Assembly (NCBI GenBank): GCA_951406725.2
Contig: OX597837.1
Location: 38,936,001 to 39,000,000, forward strand
Source: Octopus vulgaris
Lineage: Eukaryota
Direction of reading: 5' to 3'
Length of the DNA: 64,000 nt
Below the pieces are notes generated by a model. It was given only the letters and a program-made list of their open reading frames with translations. It made no database searches and was not told where the DNA came from. This document shows positions 50,270 through 64,000 of the stretch, one piece after another; the first letter of the stretch is position 1, and each line of letters begins with the position of its first letter. The translations under genes were made by a program, and so were the position numbers.

Positions 50270-52895
50270 ACGATGCTGCCGTTACCTACCCCAGAAACGC
50301 GCGGGCCCACGCAGAGTTGGCACATTGAAAGGTAGGTCTGGTGAGATTGTTGAAATGCTTGAACTGAGATGTACTGCATCCAACAAATAAGGTGGAAAGG
50401 AAGTTCTGCTAGGTTCTTTACAGGCAAAGAATATAGGTATAAGATTTTCTGGGTAGGGAACACTGACGGGGTTGGGGGCATGGGACTACTTCTTGCGGAG
50501 AAAAAATATGGGTTGATAAGGTAATCGAGGTAGTCAGAGTTTGTCATAAAATACTTAAGCTTAGATTAGTGCTGCAACATAGGTTAGCTACCATTATCTC
50601 GGCTTACACCCCTCAGCCAGGGCTACCTGATGAACAAAAGACCGATTTTATGACACCCTCTTGCAGGCTACCTTGTCGGCGAATTAAAGGGACCTTCTTT
50701 TTGTGACAGGCAACTTCAATGGGCATAGACAACATGCAGGGGGCTTCCATGGTGTACACAGTGGATATGGTTCCCACAATGCAAATGATCTTATGGTTTG
50801 TAATACACCTATTCATCTACCAGTCTCGAGGTCACACTAGTCACACTAGTCAAATTGACTACATCCTCACCAGGAAACGGGAAAGACGGCTATTTATAAA
50901 TGTCAAAACCATCACAGGTGAAGAATGCACATTACAACATAGATTAGTAGCTAGCGACTTCAGGATCAGGGCTAAATCGATGCCCAGAAGACAACCAGCA
51001 TGGAAAAAAAGGGTCTGGAAGCTTAAGGATCCTGTGAATAAATAGAGATGTATTACTTAAAGCTTTTGACAAAATAGAGGAGGATATAGCATCATATGAT
51101 GTGGAAGACAACTGGAGGTTCTTACGGGACAACCTATTGAGGGCTACTGACAAGATCTGTGAATGGTGCAAAGTTTCCTCTTGACCCAAGGTAACGTAGT
51201 GGTGGAACAATGTAGTTGACAGAGCCATTAGGGAAAAGAAACAGACTTAGGAGGACTGGAAGAACGGTGGTAGTAGGGAATTGTATCAGTTTGCCAGAAG
51301 GGAAGCTAGGAGACAGGTTTACTTAGCTAGAGGTGAAGCAGATAAGAAAAATTTGCCAATTTTCTGTGTTGTGAGGACTAAAGACTTGAAGTGTTTTGTG
51401 TTGCAAGACTGTGAGAGAGAATCATGATGTTGTAGGAGAGAAATGTGTCCACATGGATGATGGTTCACTTGCATTTAATGAGGCTGCAGAGAGATGTGGA
51501 GACGCCACTGTAAAAGGTTGCTAAATGAAGAGAATGAATGGGAGAAAGAGAGTCTGCCGAATATCAACCCAAGAGAGGGACCAGCTATCTTAATTGACAG
51601 TACCTTGGTAGATAAAGCAATTAAGTGTATGAAGTCAGGGAAAGTCCCTGGCCCATCAGGAATCACTGTAGAGATGCTTAAAATATTTGGCAGCATTGGC
51701 TATAGTCTAGTCACCCATATAGACAATCAGGTGATACATGAAGGAGTTATACCCAATGACTGGTGTAGCAGCACCATAGGCAACTGCTATAAAGGTAGGA
51801 ATAATTGCAGAGGTATGAAGTTGTTGAATCAAGTAATGAAAGTCATGGAGAGGGTCATAGCCCAACTAATTAGAGAGAGAGTTAGATTAGATAAGACACA
51901 GTTTGGGTTTGTGCCAGGGAAAAGCACCACTGATGCTATATTTCTGGTAAGGCATCTGCAGGAGAAATATCTGACCAAAGATAAACCTCTGTACTTGGCT
52001 TTTGTTGACTTGGAGAAAGCCTATGACAGGGTCCCCCGATCCCTTATCTGGTGGTCAATGCGGAAACTGGAGATAGACGAGTGGTTGGTAAGAGCTGTAC
52101 AAGTCCTGTACAGGGATGCTGTCAGTAAGGTGAGGATTAGCAATGAGTATAGTGAAGAATTCCGGCTAGAAGTAAGTGTTCACCAAGGATCTGTCCTCAT
52201 CCCCCTCTTATTCATCATAGTCCTCCAGGCAATAAGAGAGGACTTCAAGACAGGCTGCACATGGGAGCTCTTCTATGCTGATGGCCTTGTCACTGCCAGA
52301 ACTGGGAGACAGAGTTTAGGGTGTGGAAGCAAGGTCTGGAATTGAAGGGCTTTAGGGTTAACCTAGCAAAAACCAAAGTTTTAATAAGTAGGAAGGCAGA
52401 CAAATCACAAACCCCTTCAGGTGGATGGCCCTGCTCGATCTGTAAAAAAGGCATAGGTAGAAACTCCATATGAAGTGCCTGGTGTAAGCTGCAGACACAC
52501 AAAAGGTGCAGTAATATCAAAGGAATGTTTACCGGAAAGATAGTTTTTGTGTATGAGAGATACACAGGAGCAAAAAACACTGAAGATGTACAGAGAACAG
52601 ATTCCATCACACGACAGGGGGAAAAACTAGAAGTAGTTGATAGCTTTTGGTACCTATGTAACCAAGTCTGTAGTGGGGGTGGTTGCTTTGAGAGTGTAGC
52701 GGCTAGAATAAGAATAGCCTGGGCAAATTTCAGGGAGCTCCTACTTCTACTGGCAACTAAGGGGCTGTTACTCAGGATGAAAGGTAGACTGTATGATGCA
52801 TGTGTGCGAACTGCCATGCTACATGGCAGTGAAACATGGGCCATGACTGCTGAGGACATGCGTAGGCTTAAAAGAAATGAAGCTAGTATAATCTG
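50270..52895 (+). mobile_element. Near full-length decayed RTE LINE (APE plus RT)
   Basis: GTLKGRSGEIVEML, ISAYTP, GNFNGH, SQIDYIL and QHRLV, then RT ORF 51494-52345. Confidence 0.92.
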
Positions 52896-53386
52896 TACAC
52901 ACACAAACACACGCTCACACAAACACTATTGGTGCCCACACAATTTCTGTCTACCAAATTTTCTCACATTGGTTGGCCCATTCTGCCAAAATAAATGCTT
53001 TTTCATCCACATTGCCTTGAACTAATCAGGCATTATCTTGTAGCTATGAGATTTTGATGAGGTAGCTGTTAATTTTTAAAACGATATTGTAGGATCGGTG
53101 TGAGAGACCAGATCTGGCCATTTTGAACATAAAACAGGCAGAATACTTTTGGCCGGATATGGCCAGTTTAAATGCTAAAGAGTTAAGATGCCATGGAGTG
53201 GAACTGAACCGAGAACCATGCGATTGCAAAGCTAGATTCTTAACCACACAACCCCCAAAAATAAAGTAAAAAAAGAGAAAAGAAAAACAAGCAAACAAAA
53301 TAGAAACGAAAAAAATAAAACATATAACTGCATTTATTTATCTATTTGTTTTTTTTTTAAATTTTGTTTTTTCTGTTTCTTTCCAG

Positions 53387-53472
53387 TTAGGAGAATATTC
53401 CATTTTCGAAAGAGAATCTCTACATACCTTCAGAGTCGAAAGCGGTCAAGAAGGTCAGACGTTATCCATTAA
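53387..53472 (+). CDS. Candidate terminal exon of CARD paralog B
   Basis: Strong acceptor; phase 1 gives VRRIFHFRKRISTYLQSRKRSRRSDVIH*; spliced product would be 260 aa. Confidence 0.45.
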
Positions 53473-53779
53473 GGTCCCTCAAAAAAGCGGAGTACTTAAT
53501 GTGATGGTGACACGGGTGGCAATGCTGGAGCATCGCTATAACAGGGTTTTAATCAAACTAATCAAATTTACTCCATTATATTCTTTTATTTGCTTCTGTA
53601 ATTTAACTGTGGCCATGCTAGAGCACCCCTTTAGTAGAACAAATCAACTCCAGGGCTTATTCTTTGTAAGCTTAGTATCTCTTCTATCAGTCTCTCTTGC
53701 TGGACTGCTAAGTTATAGAAATGTAAACACACCAACATCGGTTGTCGAGTGATGGTGGGAGAACAAACACAGACACACA

Positions 53780-53873
<94 letters not shown>

Positions 53874-53909
53874 TATATACATACATACACACATATATAT
53901 ATATATTTT

Positions 53910-54990
53910 TTTTTTTAAACTTAGGCCTTAGGATTACCTTAGATTCAAACTTAACCAAAGCTAACTTCCTTGACGTTACCCTCGATTTAGAAACCTCCCT
54001 TTATTACCCGTACCATAAACCTAATGAATCCCTTAGATATATAGACATTAATTCTAACCACCCCAAAAATATATTAGACAACTTAGTGAAAAGTGTCTCC
54101 ATTAGGATATCTAGCCTCTCTGCCACCGAGGATATCTTTAATGCCGCAGCCCCCTATTACAACGAGGCCCTGGCCCGCAGTGGCTTTAGAGATAAGATAA
54201 CCTACATTAGCATAGCCCCACGCCCACCCAAGAATAATAGGCGAAGACACATTAGCTGGTACAACCGTGAAGTTTCAACACCAGTAGCTAAAATTTTCTT
54301 CACTCTCTTACAAAAACACTTCCCCACCCAACATAAGTACTATACAATCCTTAATAAGAACACCATTAGACACTCCTACTCCACCACACCCAATCTAGCT
54401 AGGAACCTAGCCAACAATAACGTCAAAAAACTTAATAAATCTACTTTATCCGAAGCCCATCCAGCATCCGACAGCAACTGCAATTGCCCTGATAAGACTA
54501 CTTGCCCCCTCAACAACAACTGCCTACAGAAAGATCTCGTCTACATATGCGATGTACGATCAGGCCCCGATGATTAAAGAAAATCGTACTTCGGAATGAC
54601 CTCAAATAGTTTTAAGACTCGCTGGTACGCCCACACACATTCGTTCTGGCGACCTGACAAATCTAACCAGACTACTCTCGCCGCCCATATCTGGCACCTT
54701 AAAAGGAACTCCATCCCCTTCAAGATCAAGTGGAGACTACTCCAGAGAGCGCGTTCTTACACGGGAGGCCACACTTGCTGTGACCTTTGCATTTCTGAGA
54801 GCTTGGAGATCTTATTCGCTAAAGGCCCTGTCCACAACAAGATCTCGGAACACTCCCCAAACTGTATGCACAAAATCTATGCAAACTACAAAAATTACAG
54901 ACCCACCCGGCCACCCGATTGACGACCCCCCCCCCCCCACCACCACCACCACCACCGTTCCTTCTTCTGCCCCAATTACCTTCCCTCCTA
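53910..54990 (+). mobile_element. Penelope-like element 3' part (RT thumb plus GIY-YIG)
   Basis: NFLDVTLDL...INSNHP from 53921; CNCPDKTTCPL...LVYIC...YFGMTSNSFKTRWYAH...CDLCISE; one in-frame stop; flanked by (TA)n. Confidence 0.9.
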
Positions 54991-54994
54991 AGAC

Positions 54995-55038
<44 letters not shown>

Positions 55039-55189
55039 GGAGTAAACACATAAATGTGAAACAAGGTGGAAAAGAGAGTACTCAAATACCAGTGGTAGAG
55101 TAATATGCTTTATTTTAAGCAGCAGAAAATTCAACAAAATCTGTTACTCTGAGTATACATATGTATATATATATACATATATATGTATA

Positions 55190-56322
55190 TTAAATATCAT
55201 TTTACAGAATAATAAAATTAAAATTTCTTTGATTAAAACCCTTTCTAACATGGAAGTATCCAAAGAGCGTTTGAGGCACACAATGCTTTATGAGTGCAAA
55301 AAAAGAAACTCTGCTGCCGAAGCGACTCGAAATATGCACTCAGTTTATGGGAAAGAATGCTTGAATGAAAGAACTTGCAGAAGATGGTTTGCAAAATTCA
55401 GAAGTGGAGATTTCAGCCTTGAAGATGAAGATCGAATAGGATGCCCAATTGAGTTTGATGATAAGCTCCTTGAGGCATTACTTGAAGAAAATCCTGCATT
55501 ATCAGTTGAAGAATTAGCAATAAAGCTTAATTCAAACTTGGAGAGGTTCCTAAACTTGGAAAATGGGTGCCTTGTGAATTGTCTGAAAGCAACTGCAAAT
55601 CCCGAGTTGACATCTGCTCTTCTCTCCATTCTCGCGAACTCATTTCACTCTTTTTGGAAAGTCTTGTGACTGGTGATGAAAAATGGATCTTCTGTCGAAA
55701 TGTTAAACGTCGTAAACAGTGGCTTGGTAAAAGGGAAAAGGCTCAACCACAACCGAGAAGGGAATTTCATGGGAAAAAGGTTCTTCTCTCTATGTGGTGG
55801 GATTGCAAAGGAGTAATTCACTTTGAATTGTTACCACCTAATGCAATAATCAATGCTCAAGTCTACTGTCAGCAATTAGAGTGTTTGAACCAAGCTTTGA
55901 AGAAAAAAAAAACCTGCTTTAGTAAATCGAAAAGGAGTGATGTTTAATCAGGACAATGCGTGACCCCACACTGCAAAGATCACATCACAGAAGATCGAAG
56001 AGCTTGGTTGGGAAAAAAGTCCTCATCCACCTTATTCTCCTGACCTTGCTCCTTCGGACTACCATTTGTTTTGTAGTTTATAGAATCATTTGGAGGATAT
56101 AACTTTCGTAAGCCAGGAGGAGGTCGAAACTGACATTTCAGAGTTCTTCGCTTTGAAACCGAAAGAGTTTTACATTGATGGGATTAAAAAGCTTGTAAAT
56201 AGATGGAAGGAAGTGATAGATAATCAGGGAAAGTACATTGATGGTTAAATTTCAATTAAATATAACATTTGATCACTTGTTTTCTTTATTCAAAATTCGG
56301 AGAGAACTTATGGGATGACCTG
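55190..56322 (+). mobile_element. Mariner transposon, decayed (inverted copy 63265-64000)
   Basis: MEVSKERLRHTMLYE...RRWFAKFRSGDFSLED, TGDEKW, QDNA, YSPDLAPSDYHLF; 3' TIR ...AACTTATGGGATGACCTG. Confidence 0.93.
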
Positions 56323-58432
56323 AAAGATAATCCTGCAAAATGACATTTAATTAGATTAAATATATTCAAATATATATAATTGTTACTTGATGCCATTAGA
56401 CATTCTAAAACACTGTTAAAACATTTACAAATTGAAAATATAGAAGTTCAGACATTACATATGGGATGGCCTGGTATTTTTTTTTTCAATTTACTTCTTT
56501 CACCTTCTTTTATTCTTGTAACCTGTTCATGCAATGTCTCCCCCTTGTCTGCCCTTCTGACAAATAAAAGAAATTTCTTCTATTGTTTTTTGTGGTTTTT
56601 GATTACCTTGCACACATGTTTACTGAGCTCGGATCTTTTCAGTTTGAACGGAAGGTTTTAACATAATTTCAAGGTAACTAAAAGATTTTAAACTTCGTAT
56701 ACTGGTAGAATGTGTTTATAAAACACCTTTTTCTCTTGGCTTTATCGAGAAAATTCTATAGTTTGTAAGATATTTGTTGTTTTTTTCTTCAATTTCTGCA
56801 ATTTCAACCAATCACTGACGTCCATTGAGGTAAAAAAAAAACATTCTGTGCCATATGGATATGTCCCTCGTTTAAGAAACAGATTGAGTTTATTTACATT
56901 TGTGAAGAAAAAAAGATACTCTTTCCCCCACCCCTAACCAACCCTAACCCTAAAACAGATTGAAATGCAATAGATCGATACTAGGGTCATAATTATGGGT
57001 TACAATTTCATATGACACCGCTAGAAAAAACTGCCGTTCAAACCGAAAAGATCCCTGAGCTCTGCATACCCCGGGAAAGATATGCAGTAACATATATCTG
57101 GAAGATCCTGGAAGGAATTGTGCCAAATTTTGGGATTGAAAGCTACACCAATGCCACAACGGGTCGACACTGCATAGTGCCAAAGGTCTCAGCAATGCCA
57201 TCACGCTTCAGGACCAGTTACTGCAACAGCCTGGGTTTCAAGGGCCCACAGCTTTTTAATATTCTCCCAAAGAGTCTGAGGAACTTGCACAAAATAGATG
57301 TAGGGGTTTTTAAATCAAAGCTGGACATCTTCCTGTCAAGAGTCCCAGATGAACCTACCTCATGGCAAGAGGTGCAAATGAGAGTAGCTATATCAAACTC
57401 CATGCTTCACCAAATGCCACCTGTTAGAGGAGGCTCTTAGTATAATAACAGTGCAGCAAAACGGCGGTGCACCAGCATGACCACAGCTCTGAGCTGAAAC
57501 TAGTGAGAAAAAGAGAAAAAAATTTAATTTAATTTTTTTTATTTGATGGTTTAAAAAATTAAAAAAGAATTTTTTTAGTTGTGTTTGTATTGTTAAGGAG
57601 CTTGCTTTGCAAACTTATGATTTCAAGTTCAAACCCACTGAGCAGCACCTTGAGCAAGTGTCTTCTAATATAGTTCTGGGTGAGTGAACTTTGGACAGAA
57701 ACTGTGAGGAATCCTGATGTGTGCAAAGCAAGAAAATGTGTTTCTTCATTACACGGCCATTCATAAAAAACTCAGGTGATATTACACCTGGTGACATGAG
57801 GTAAAAGGAACTTACAGGTTGTGGTGCTCTGCTTGACTTCAAGCCAAAACTCCAGCTTGGACTGTAACTAGAAAAACCTGGGATGTTTATACCTGCCCAG
57901 CAAAGATGGGCAACTGGTAAATGTTTCAATCAAGCAGGTATGTATTTAATAGAGTAAAAGAATAAAAGAACGATAGAGTAGAAGGATAACAGAATGATAG
58001 AATAAAAGAATAATAAGAGTAAAAGGATAACAATGCTAGAATAAAAGAATAGTAGAGTAAAAGGATAACAGAATGATAGAGTAGAAGGATAAACACAAAA
58101 AACTGGTATCGGGTGAGGTGACGTTTCAATTTTTTTTTTTTTTGTAAAGATACGGAAAGTCGGAATCTTTTGCTTTATTCCCAGCAAATATATTTATGGG
58201 AAAAAAAGACATTGAAAAACATCAATGCGTCATAGTGACAAAGGAACGAAGAAGGTATCAGGTGGTCGTGGGATGTACTAAAAAAAAACTCAGCTAAATA
58301 CCGCTTAAATTTTTGAGGGTTTTTTTTCATAATTGCATGAATTCCTGTGTGCTGAATACAAATTCGCGAAAATTTTCTGAAAATCCCGAAAAACAGGTAA
58401 GTTAGAGCAGACACGGATATGTTGAAACAATC

Positions 58433-58686
58433 TTGTGTGTGTGTGTGTGTGTGTGTATATCTCTGTGTGTTTATGTGCGTGTGTCTGTGTATGTGTATTT
58501 ATGTTTGTGCGTGCGTCTGAGTGTGTGTGTATCTGCGTGTGTGTGTATGTGCTTTTCTCTGTGTGTGTGTGTGTGTCTATGTGTGTTTGTGTGTGTGCGT
58601 GCGTCTCAGTGTGTGTGTGTGCATATATCTGTGTGTGTATGCGCGCGTGTGTGTGTGTGTGTGTGTATGTGTGTGTGTTTGTGTGT

Positions 58687-58727
<41 letters not shown>

Positions 58728-58792
58728 TGTGTGTGTCTATGTGTGTTTGTGTGTGTGTGTTTGTGTGTGTGTGTGCATATATCTGTGTGTGT
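58433..58792. repeat. Long imperfect (TG)n tract
   Basis: Directly visible; abuts the inversion breakpoint. Confidence 0.97.
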
Positions 58793-61700
58793 ATCGTATA
58801 TTCCTTGCATTTAATTGATACCAGGTATTCTCTGAGGGATATTTTGCTGCTATAACCAGCAAAGCAAACGACCTCCTAAAGTCCTCCACGTAACCCGACT
58901 CTTTTCGAAACCGGAAGCGTTTGAAGCAGTAAATTTTAAAGAGAAAACGGAGAAAAATTTTTTTAAAGCTATAGTCTAAGGGAGATAACTTATATAAAAA
59001 GCTTTATAAGAGTTGTCTCCCATGTATTGTCAACGTTGTGTAAACGTTTAGATATTTTCCTCTTATTTCTAGCGGTGTTTTGCACTGTTTTAGGAATACG
59101 GTTTCTTCATATTTGAATGCTTTTCATAATTTCGTTATTATGGCTTCGTTTGCTACTCCACCACATACACACACTCGAATACAGTCGCACAGACACACAT
59201 ATAATCAAACTGGGCATCTATTTAATATAATGAGACACGATAGTGTCTTTGGCTGCTATATCTAGCAAAATAAACAATCTCACAAAGGCTTCCACGTTGC
59301 TGGAATCTTACCTCAAAAGAAGCATTTCAAAGGCGCAGGAGTGGCTGTGTGGTAAGTAGCTTGCTTACCAACCACATGGTTCCGGGTTCAGTCCCACTGC
59401 GTGGCACCTTGGGCAAGTGTCTTCTGCTATAGCCTCGGGCCGACCAAAGCCTTGTGAGTGGATTTGGTAGACGGAAACTGAAAGAAGCCTGTCGTATATC
59501 TGTATATATGTATATATGTATGTGTGTGTATATGTTTGTGTGTTTCTGTTTGTCCCCCTAACATCACTTGACAACCGATGCTGGTGTGTTTACCCAATGT
59601 TCGAAGGTCATGCTTGATCACTTCATCCCATGTCTTCCTGGGTCTACCTCTCTCCTGGATACCTTCAACTGTTTGGGAGTGGCACTTCTTCACACATCTC
59701 TCCTCATCCATCCGCAGTATATGACCATACCAGTGCAAACGTCTCTCTTGCACATCACATCCAATGCTTCTTATGTCCAGCATTTCTCTCAGGGCGCTTA
59801 AACTGTCATGCATGGACACTGACATTACACATCCAGAGACCGGTAGAATAAGTACTAGGCTAACAAAGAATAAGTCCTGGGGTCAATCTGCTCGACTGAA
59901 AGCGGTGCTCCAGCATGACCGCAGTCAAATGACTGAAACAAGCAAAAGAAAGAAAGAAATTTCTTCTTTTTTTCCCCCCAATCATAGCACGTATGACTGC
60001 ATGGTTTTCTGTGTCTGTTGCTGCAAAAGGGTCCTCGTAATGAAAGGCATGAATAAATAAAAAATTAACGGGAAAGTATGGCGGCAATTAAGTCTCAATA
60101 CAATAAACAATTCAACTATGTCACTGGTCTGGTTTTCAGGCGGCGAGGCTGGCAGAAACGTTAGCACACCGGGCGAAATACGTAGCCGTATTTCGTCTGC
60201 CGTTACGTTCTGAGTTCAAATTCCGCCGAGGTCGACTTTGCCTTTAATCCTTTCGGGATCGATAAATTAAGTACCAGTTACGCACTGGGGTCGATGTAAT
60301 CGACTTAATCCGCTTGTCTGTCCTCTCTGTGTTTAGCCCCTTGTGGGCAATAAAGAAATAAGTATTTCGTCTGTCTTTACGTTCTGAGTTCAAATTCCGC
60401 CGAGGTCGACTTTGCCTTTAATCCTTTCGGGGTCGATAAATTAAGTACCAGTTACGCACTGGGGTCGATGTAATCGACTTAATCCGCTTGTCTGTCCTCT
60501 CTGTGTTTAGCCCCTTGTGGGCAATAAAGAAATAGGTATTTCGTCTGTCTTTACGTTCTGAGTTCAAATTCCGCCGAGGTCGACTTTGCCTTTAATCCTT
60601 TCGGGGTCGATAAATTAAGTACCAGTTACGCACTGGGGTCGATGTAATCGACTTAATCCGCTTGTCTGTCCTCTCTGTATTGCCCCCTGTGGGCAATAAA
60701 GAAATAGGTATTTCGTCTGTCTTTACGTTCTGAGTTCAAATTCCGCCGAGGTCGACTTTGCCTTTAATCCTTTCGGGGTCGATAAATTAAGTACCAGTTA
60801 CGCACTGGGGTCGATGTAATCGACTTAATCCTCTTGTCTGCCCCCTCTGTGTTTAGCCCCTTCTGGGTAGTAAAGAAATAGGTATTTTATCTGTCTTTAC
60901 GTTCTTTAGTTCAAATTCCGCCAAGGTCGACTTTGCCTTTAATCCTTTCGGGGTCGATAAATTAAGTACCAGTTACGCACTGGGGTCGATGTAATCGACT
61001 TAATCCGCTTGTCTGTCCTCTCTGTGTTTAGCCCCCTGTGGGCAATAAAGAAATAGGTCTGATTTTCACTCATTTATTTTTACTAAAATTTTCGTTCCGT
61101 CTTTGCAATCTTTTCAATAAGCGTTGATTCAGTCCTTTATCGGAACTGCATCGATTTTTTCTTAACAGACAGGATCGATTTTTGAAAAGCTGGATGCCCT
61201 TCCTAACTTCAAGCCATCCCGAAAGTATAGTGGGTAGTTTTTACGTGCCAGTCAGGCGGCACTGGCACCAACCACACTTGAACGGCTCTCTTTACGTGCC
61301 ACTGGACATTCTGAATGGTCTTCAGCTGATCTTTTATTGTCCTCTAGTGATCTGTACTCCTGTACTCAACCCTCATGCTTAAATATACGTCACCTCACCC
61401 GATACCAGTTTTTTGTGTTTATCCTTTTACTCTTTTATTCTATCATTCTGTTATCCTTTTACTCTATCATTCTATTATTCTTTTGCTCTATCATTGTTAT
61501 CCTTTTACTCTATCATTCTGTTATCCTTTTACTCTACTATTCTTTTATTCTAGCATTGTTATCCTTTTACTCTTATTATTCTTTTATTCTATCATTCTGT
61601 TATCCTTCTACTCTATCGTTCTTTTATTCTTTTACTCTATTAAATACATACCTGCTTGATTGAAACATTTACCAGTTGCCCATCTTTGCTGGGTAGGTAT

Positions 61701-64000
61701 AAACATCCCAGGTTTTTTCTAGTTACAGTCCAAGCTGGAGTTTTGGCTTGAAGTCAACCAGGGCACCACAACCTGTAAGTTCCTTTTACCTCATGTCACC
61801 AGGTGTAATATCACCTGAGTTTTTTATGAATGGCCGTGTAATGAAGAAACACATTTTCTTGCTTTGCACACATCAGGATTCCTCACAGTTTCTGTCCAAA
61901 GTTCACTCACCCAGAACTATATTAGAAGACACTTGCTCAAGGTGCTGCTCAGTGGGTTTGAACTTGAAATCATAAGTTTGCAAAGCAAGCTCCTTAACAA
62001 TACAAACACAACTAAAAAAATTCTTTTTTAATTTTTTAAACCATCAAATAAAAAAAAACTAAAGGAAATTTTTTTTTTTTTTTCTCTCTAGTTTCAGCTC
62101 AGAGCTGTGGCCATGCTGGTGCACCGCCATTTTGCTGCACTGTTATTATACTAAGAGCCTCCTCTAACAGGTGGCATTTGGTGAAGCATGGAGTTTGATA
62201 TAGCTACTCTCATTTGCACCTCTTGCCATGAGGTAGGTTCATCTGGGACTCTCGACAGGAAGATGTCCAGCTTTGATTTAAAAACCCCTACATCTATTTT
62301 GTGCAAGTTCCTCAGACTCTTTGGGAGAATATTAAAAAGCTGTGGGCCCTTGAAACCCAGGATGTTGCAGTAACTGGTCCTGAAGCGTGATGGCATTGCT
62401 GGGACCTTTGGCACTATGCAGTGTCGACCCGTTGTGGCATTGGTGTAGCTTTCAATCCCAAAATTTGGCACAATTCCTTCCAGGATCTTCCAGATATATG
62501 TTACTGCATATCTTTCCCGGGGTATGCAGAGCTCAGGGATCTTTTTGGTTTGAACGGCAGTTTTTCTAGCGGTGTCATATGAAATTGTCACCCATAATTA
62601 TGACCCTAGTATCGATCTATTGCATTTCAATCTGTTTTAGGGTTAGGGTTGGTTAGGGGTGGGGGAAGAGTATCTTTTTTCTTCACAAATGTAAATAAAC
62701 TCAATCTGTTTCTTAAACGAGGGACATATCCATATGGCACAGAATGTTTTTTACCTCAATGGACGTCAGTGATTGGTTGAAATTGCAGAAACTGAAGAAA
62801 AAAAACAACAAATATCTTACAAACTATAGAATTTTCTCGATAAAGCCAAGAGAAAAAGGTGTTTTATAAACACATTCTACCAGTATACGAAGTTTAAAAT
62901 TTTTTAGTTACCTAGAAATTATGTTAAAACCTTCCGTTCAAACCGAAAAGATCCGAGCTCAGTAAACATGTGTGCAAGGTAATCAAAAACCACAAAAAAA
63001 CAATAGAAGAAATTTCTTTTATTTGTCAGAAGGGCAGACAAGGGGGAGACATTGCATGAACAGGTTACAAGAATAAAAGAAGGTGAAAGAAGTAAATTGA
63101 AAAAAAAAAATACCAGGCCATCCCATATGTAATGTCTGAACTTCTATATTTTCAATTTGTAAATGTTTTAACAGTGTTTTAGAATGTCTAATGGCATCAA
63201 GTAACAATTATATATATTTGAATATATTTAATCTAATTAAATGTCATTTTGCAGGATTATCTTTCAGGTCATCCCATAAGTTCTCTCCGAATTTTGAATA
63301 AAGAAAACAAGTGATCAAATGTTATATTTAATTGAAATTTAACCATCAATGTACTTTCCCTGATTATCTATCACTTCCTTCCATCTATTTACAAGCTTTT
63401 TAATCCCATCAATGTAAGACTCTTTTGGTTTCAAAGCGAAGAACTCTGAAATGTCAGTTTCGACCTCCTCCTGGCTTACGAAAGTTATGTCCCCCAAATG
63501 ATTCTATAAACTACAAAACAAATGGTAGTCTGAAGGAGCAATGTCAGGAGAATAAGGTGGATGAGGACTTTTTTCCCAACCAAAGTCTTCGATCTTCTGT
63601 GATGTGATCTTTGCAGTGTGGGGTCACGCATTGTCCTGATTAAACATCACTCCTTTTCGATTTACTAAAGCAGGTTTTTTTTTCTTCAAAGCTTGGTTCA
63701 AACACTCTAATTGCTGACAGTAGACTTGAGCATTGATTATTGCATTAGGTGGTAACAATTCAAAGTGAATTACTCCTTTGCAATCCCACCACATAGAGAG
63801 AACCTTTTTCCCATGAAATTCCCTTCTCGGTTGTGGTTGAGCCTTTTCCCTTTTACCAAGCCACTGTTTACAACGTTTAACATTTCGACAGAAGATCCAT
63901 TTTTCATCACCAGTCACAAGACTATCCAAAAAGAGTGAAATGAGTTCGCGAGAATGGAGAGAAGAGCAGATGTCAACTCGGGATTTGCAGTTGCTTTCAG
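58793..64000 (-). repeat. Inverted duplication (copy 3) of ~5946-12354
   Basis: ORF pairs 11882/59080, 8284/61337, 7368/62151 and 6338/63425 lie on opposite strands. Confidence 0.95.
60139..61057 (+). repeat. SINE tandem array of copy 3, 5 units
   Basis: Head at 60139, then five ~174-bp units. Confidence 0.9.

Larger units (their letters stand above)
51385..58122 (+). repeat. Segmental duplication, copy 2
   Basis: Matches 1-~2480 and ~5872-8560; similarity ends after GAGGTGACGT at 58122. Confidence 0.95.

Noticed and set aside
50179-50547. 122-aa minus-strand ORF
   Set aside because: Antisense to the RTE endonuclease N-terminus.
58433-58855. Cys/Val-rich ORFs
   Set aside because: Translations of (TG)n.

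Overview
Repeat-dense, AT-rich animal DNA. The SINE, RTE and microsatellite content suggests an octopus (inference). Host coding content is a CARD (death-fold) locus on the + strand: CARD exon 16651-17185, TRADD-N-like exon 22032-22481 and two phase-compatible micro-exons, then a paralogous CARD exon 46787-47483 with a candidate short terminal exon (53387-53472, diverged copy 2003-2091). The rest is decayed RTE and CR1-group LINEs, mariners, a truncated Helitron, two non-autonomous Helitrons, Penelope-like (GIY-YIG) fragments, MITEs and tRNA-derived SINEs, arranged in a recent direct duplication (1-8560 vs 51385-58122) plus an inverted third copy (58793-64000). The most notable signal is a near-identical 545-bp tandem array (2481-5869) with a minimal type I hammerhead-like motif in every unit. 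It sits where the sister duplicate holds a Penelope fragment. Two more hammerhead-like motifs lie at 42595-42632 and 31279-31314. All calls are by eye, and many repeat boundaries are approximate.
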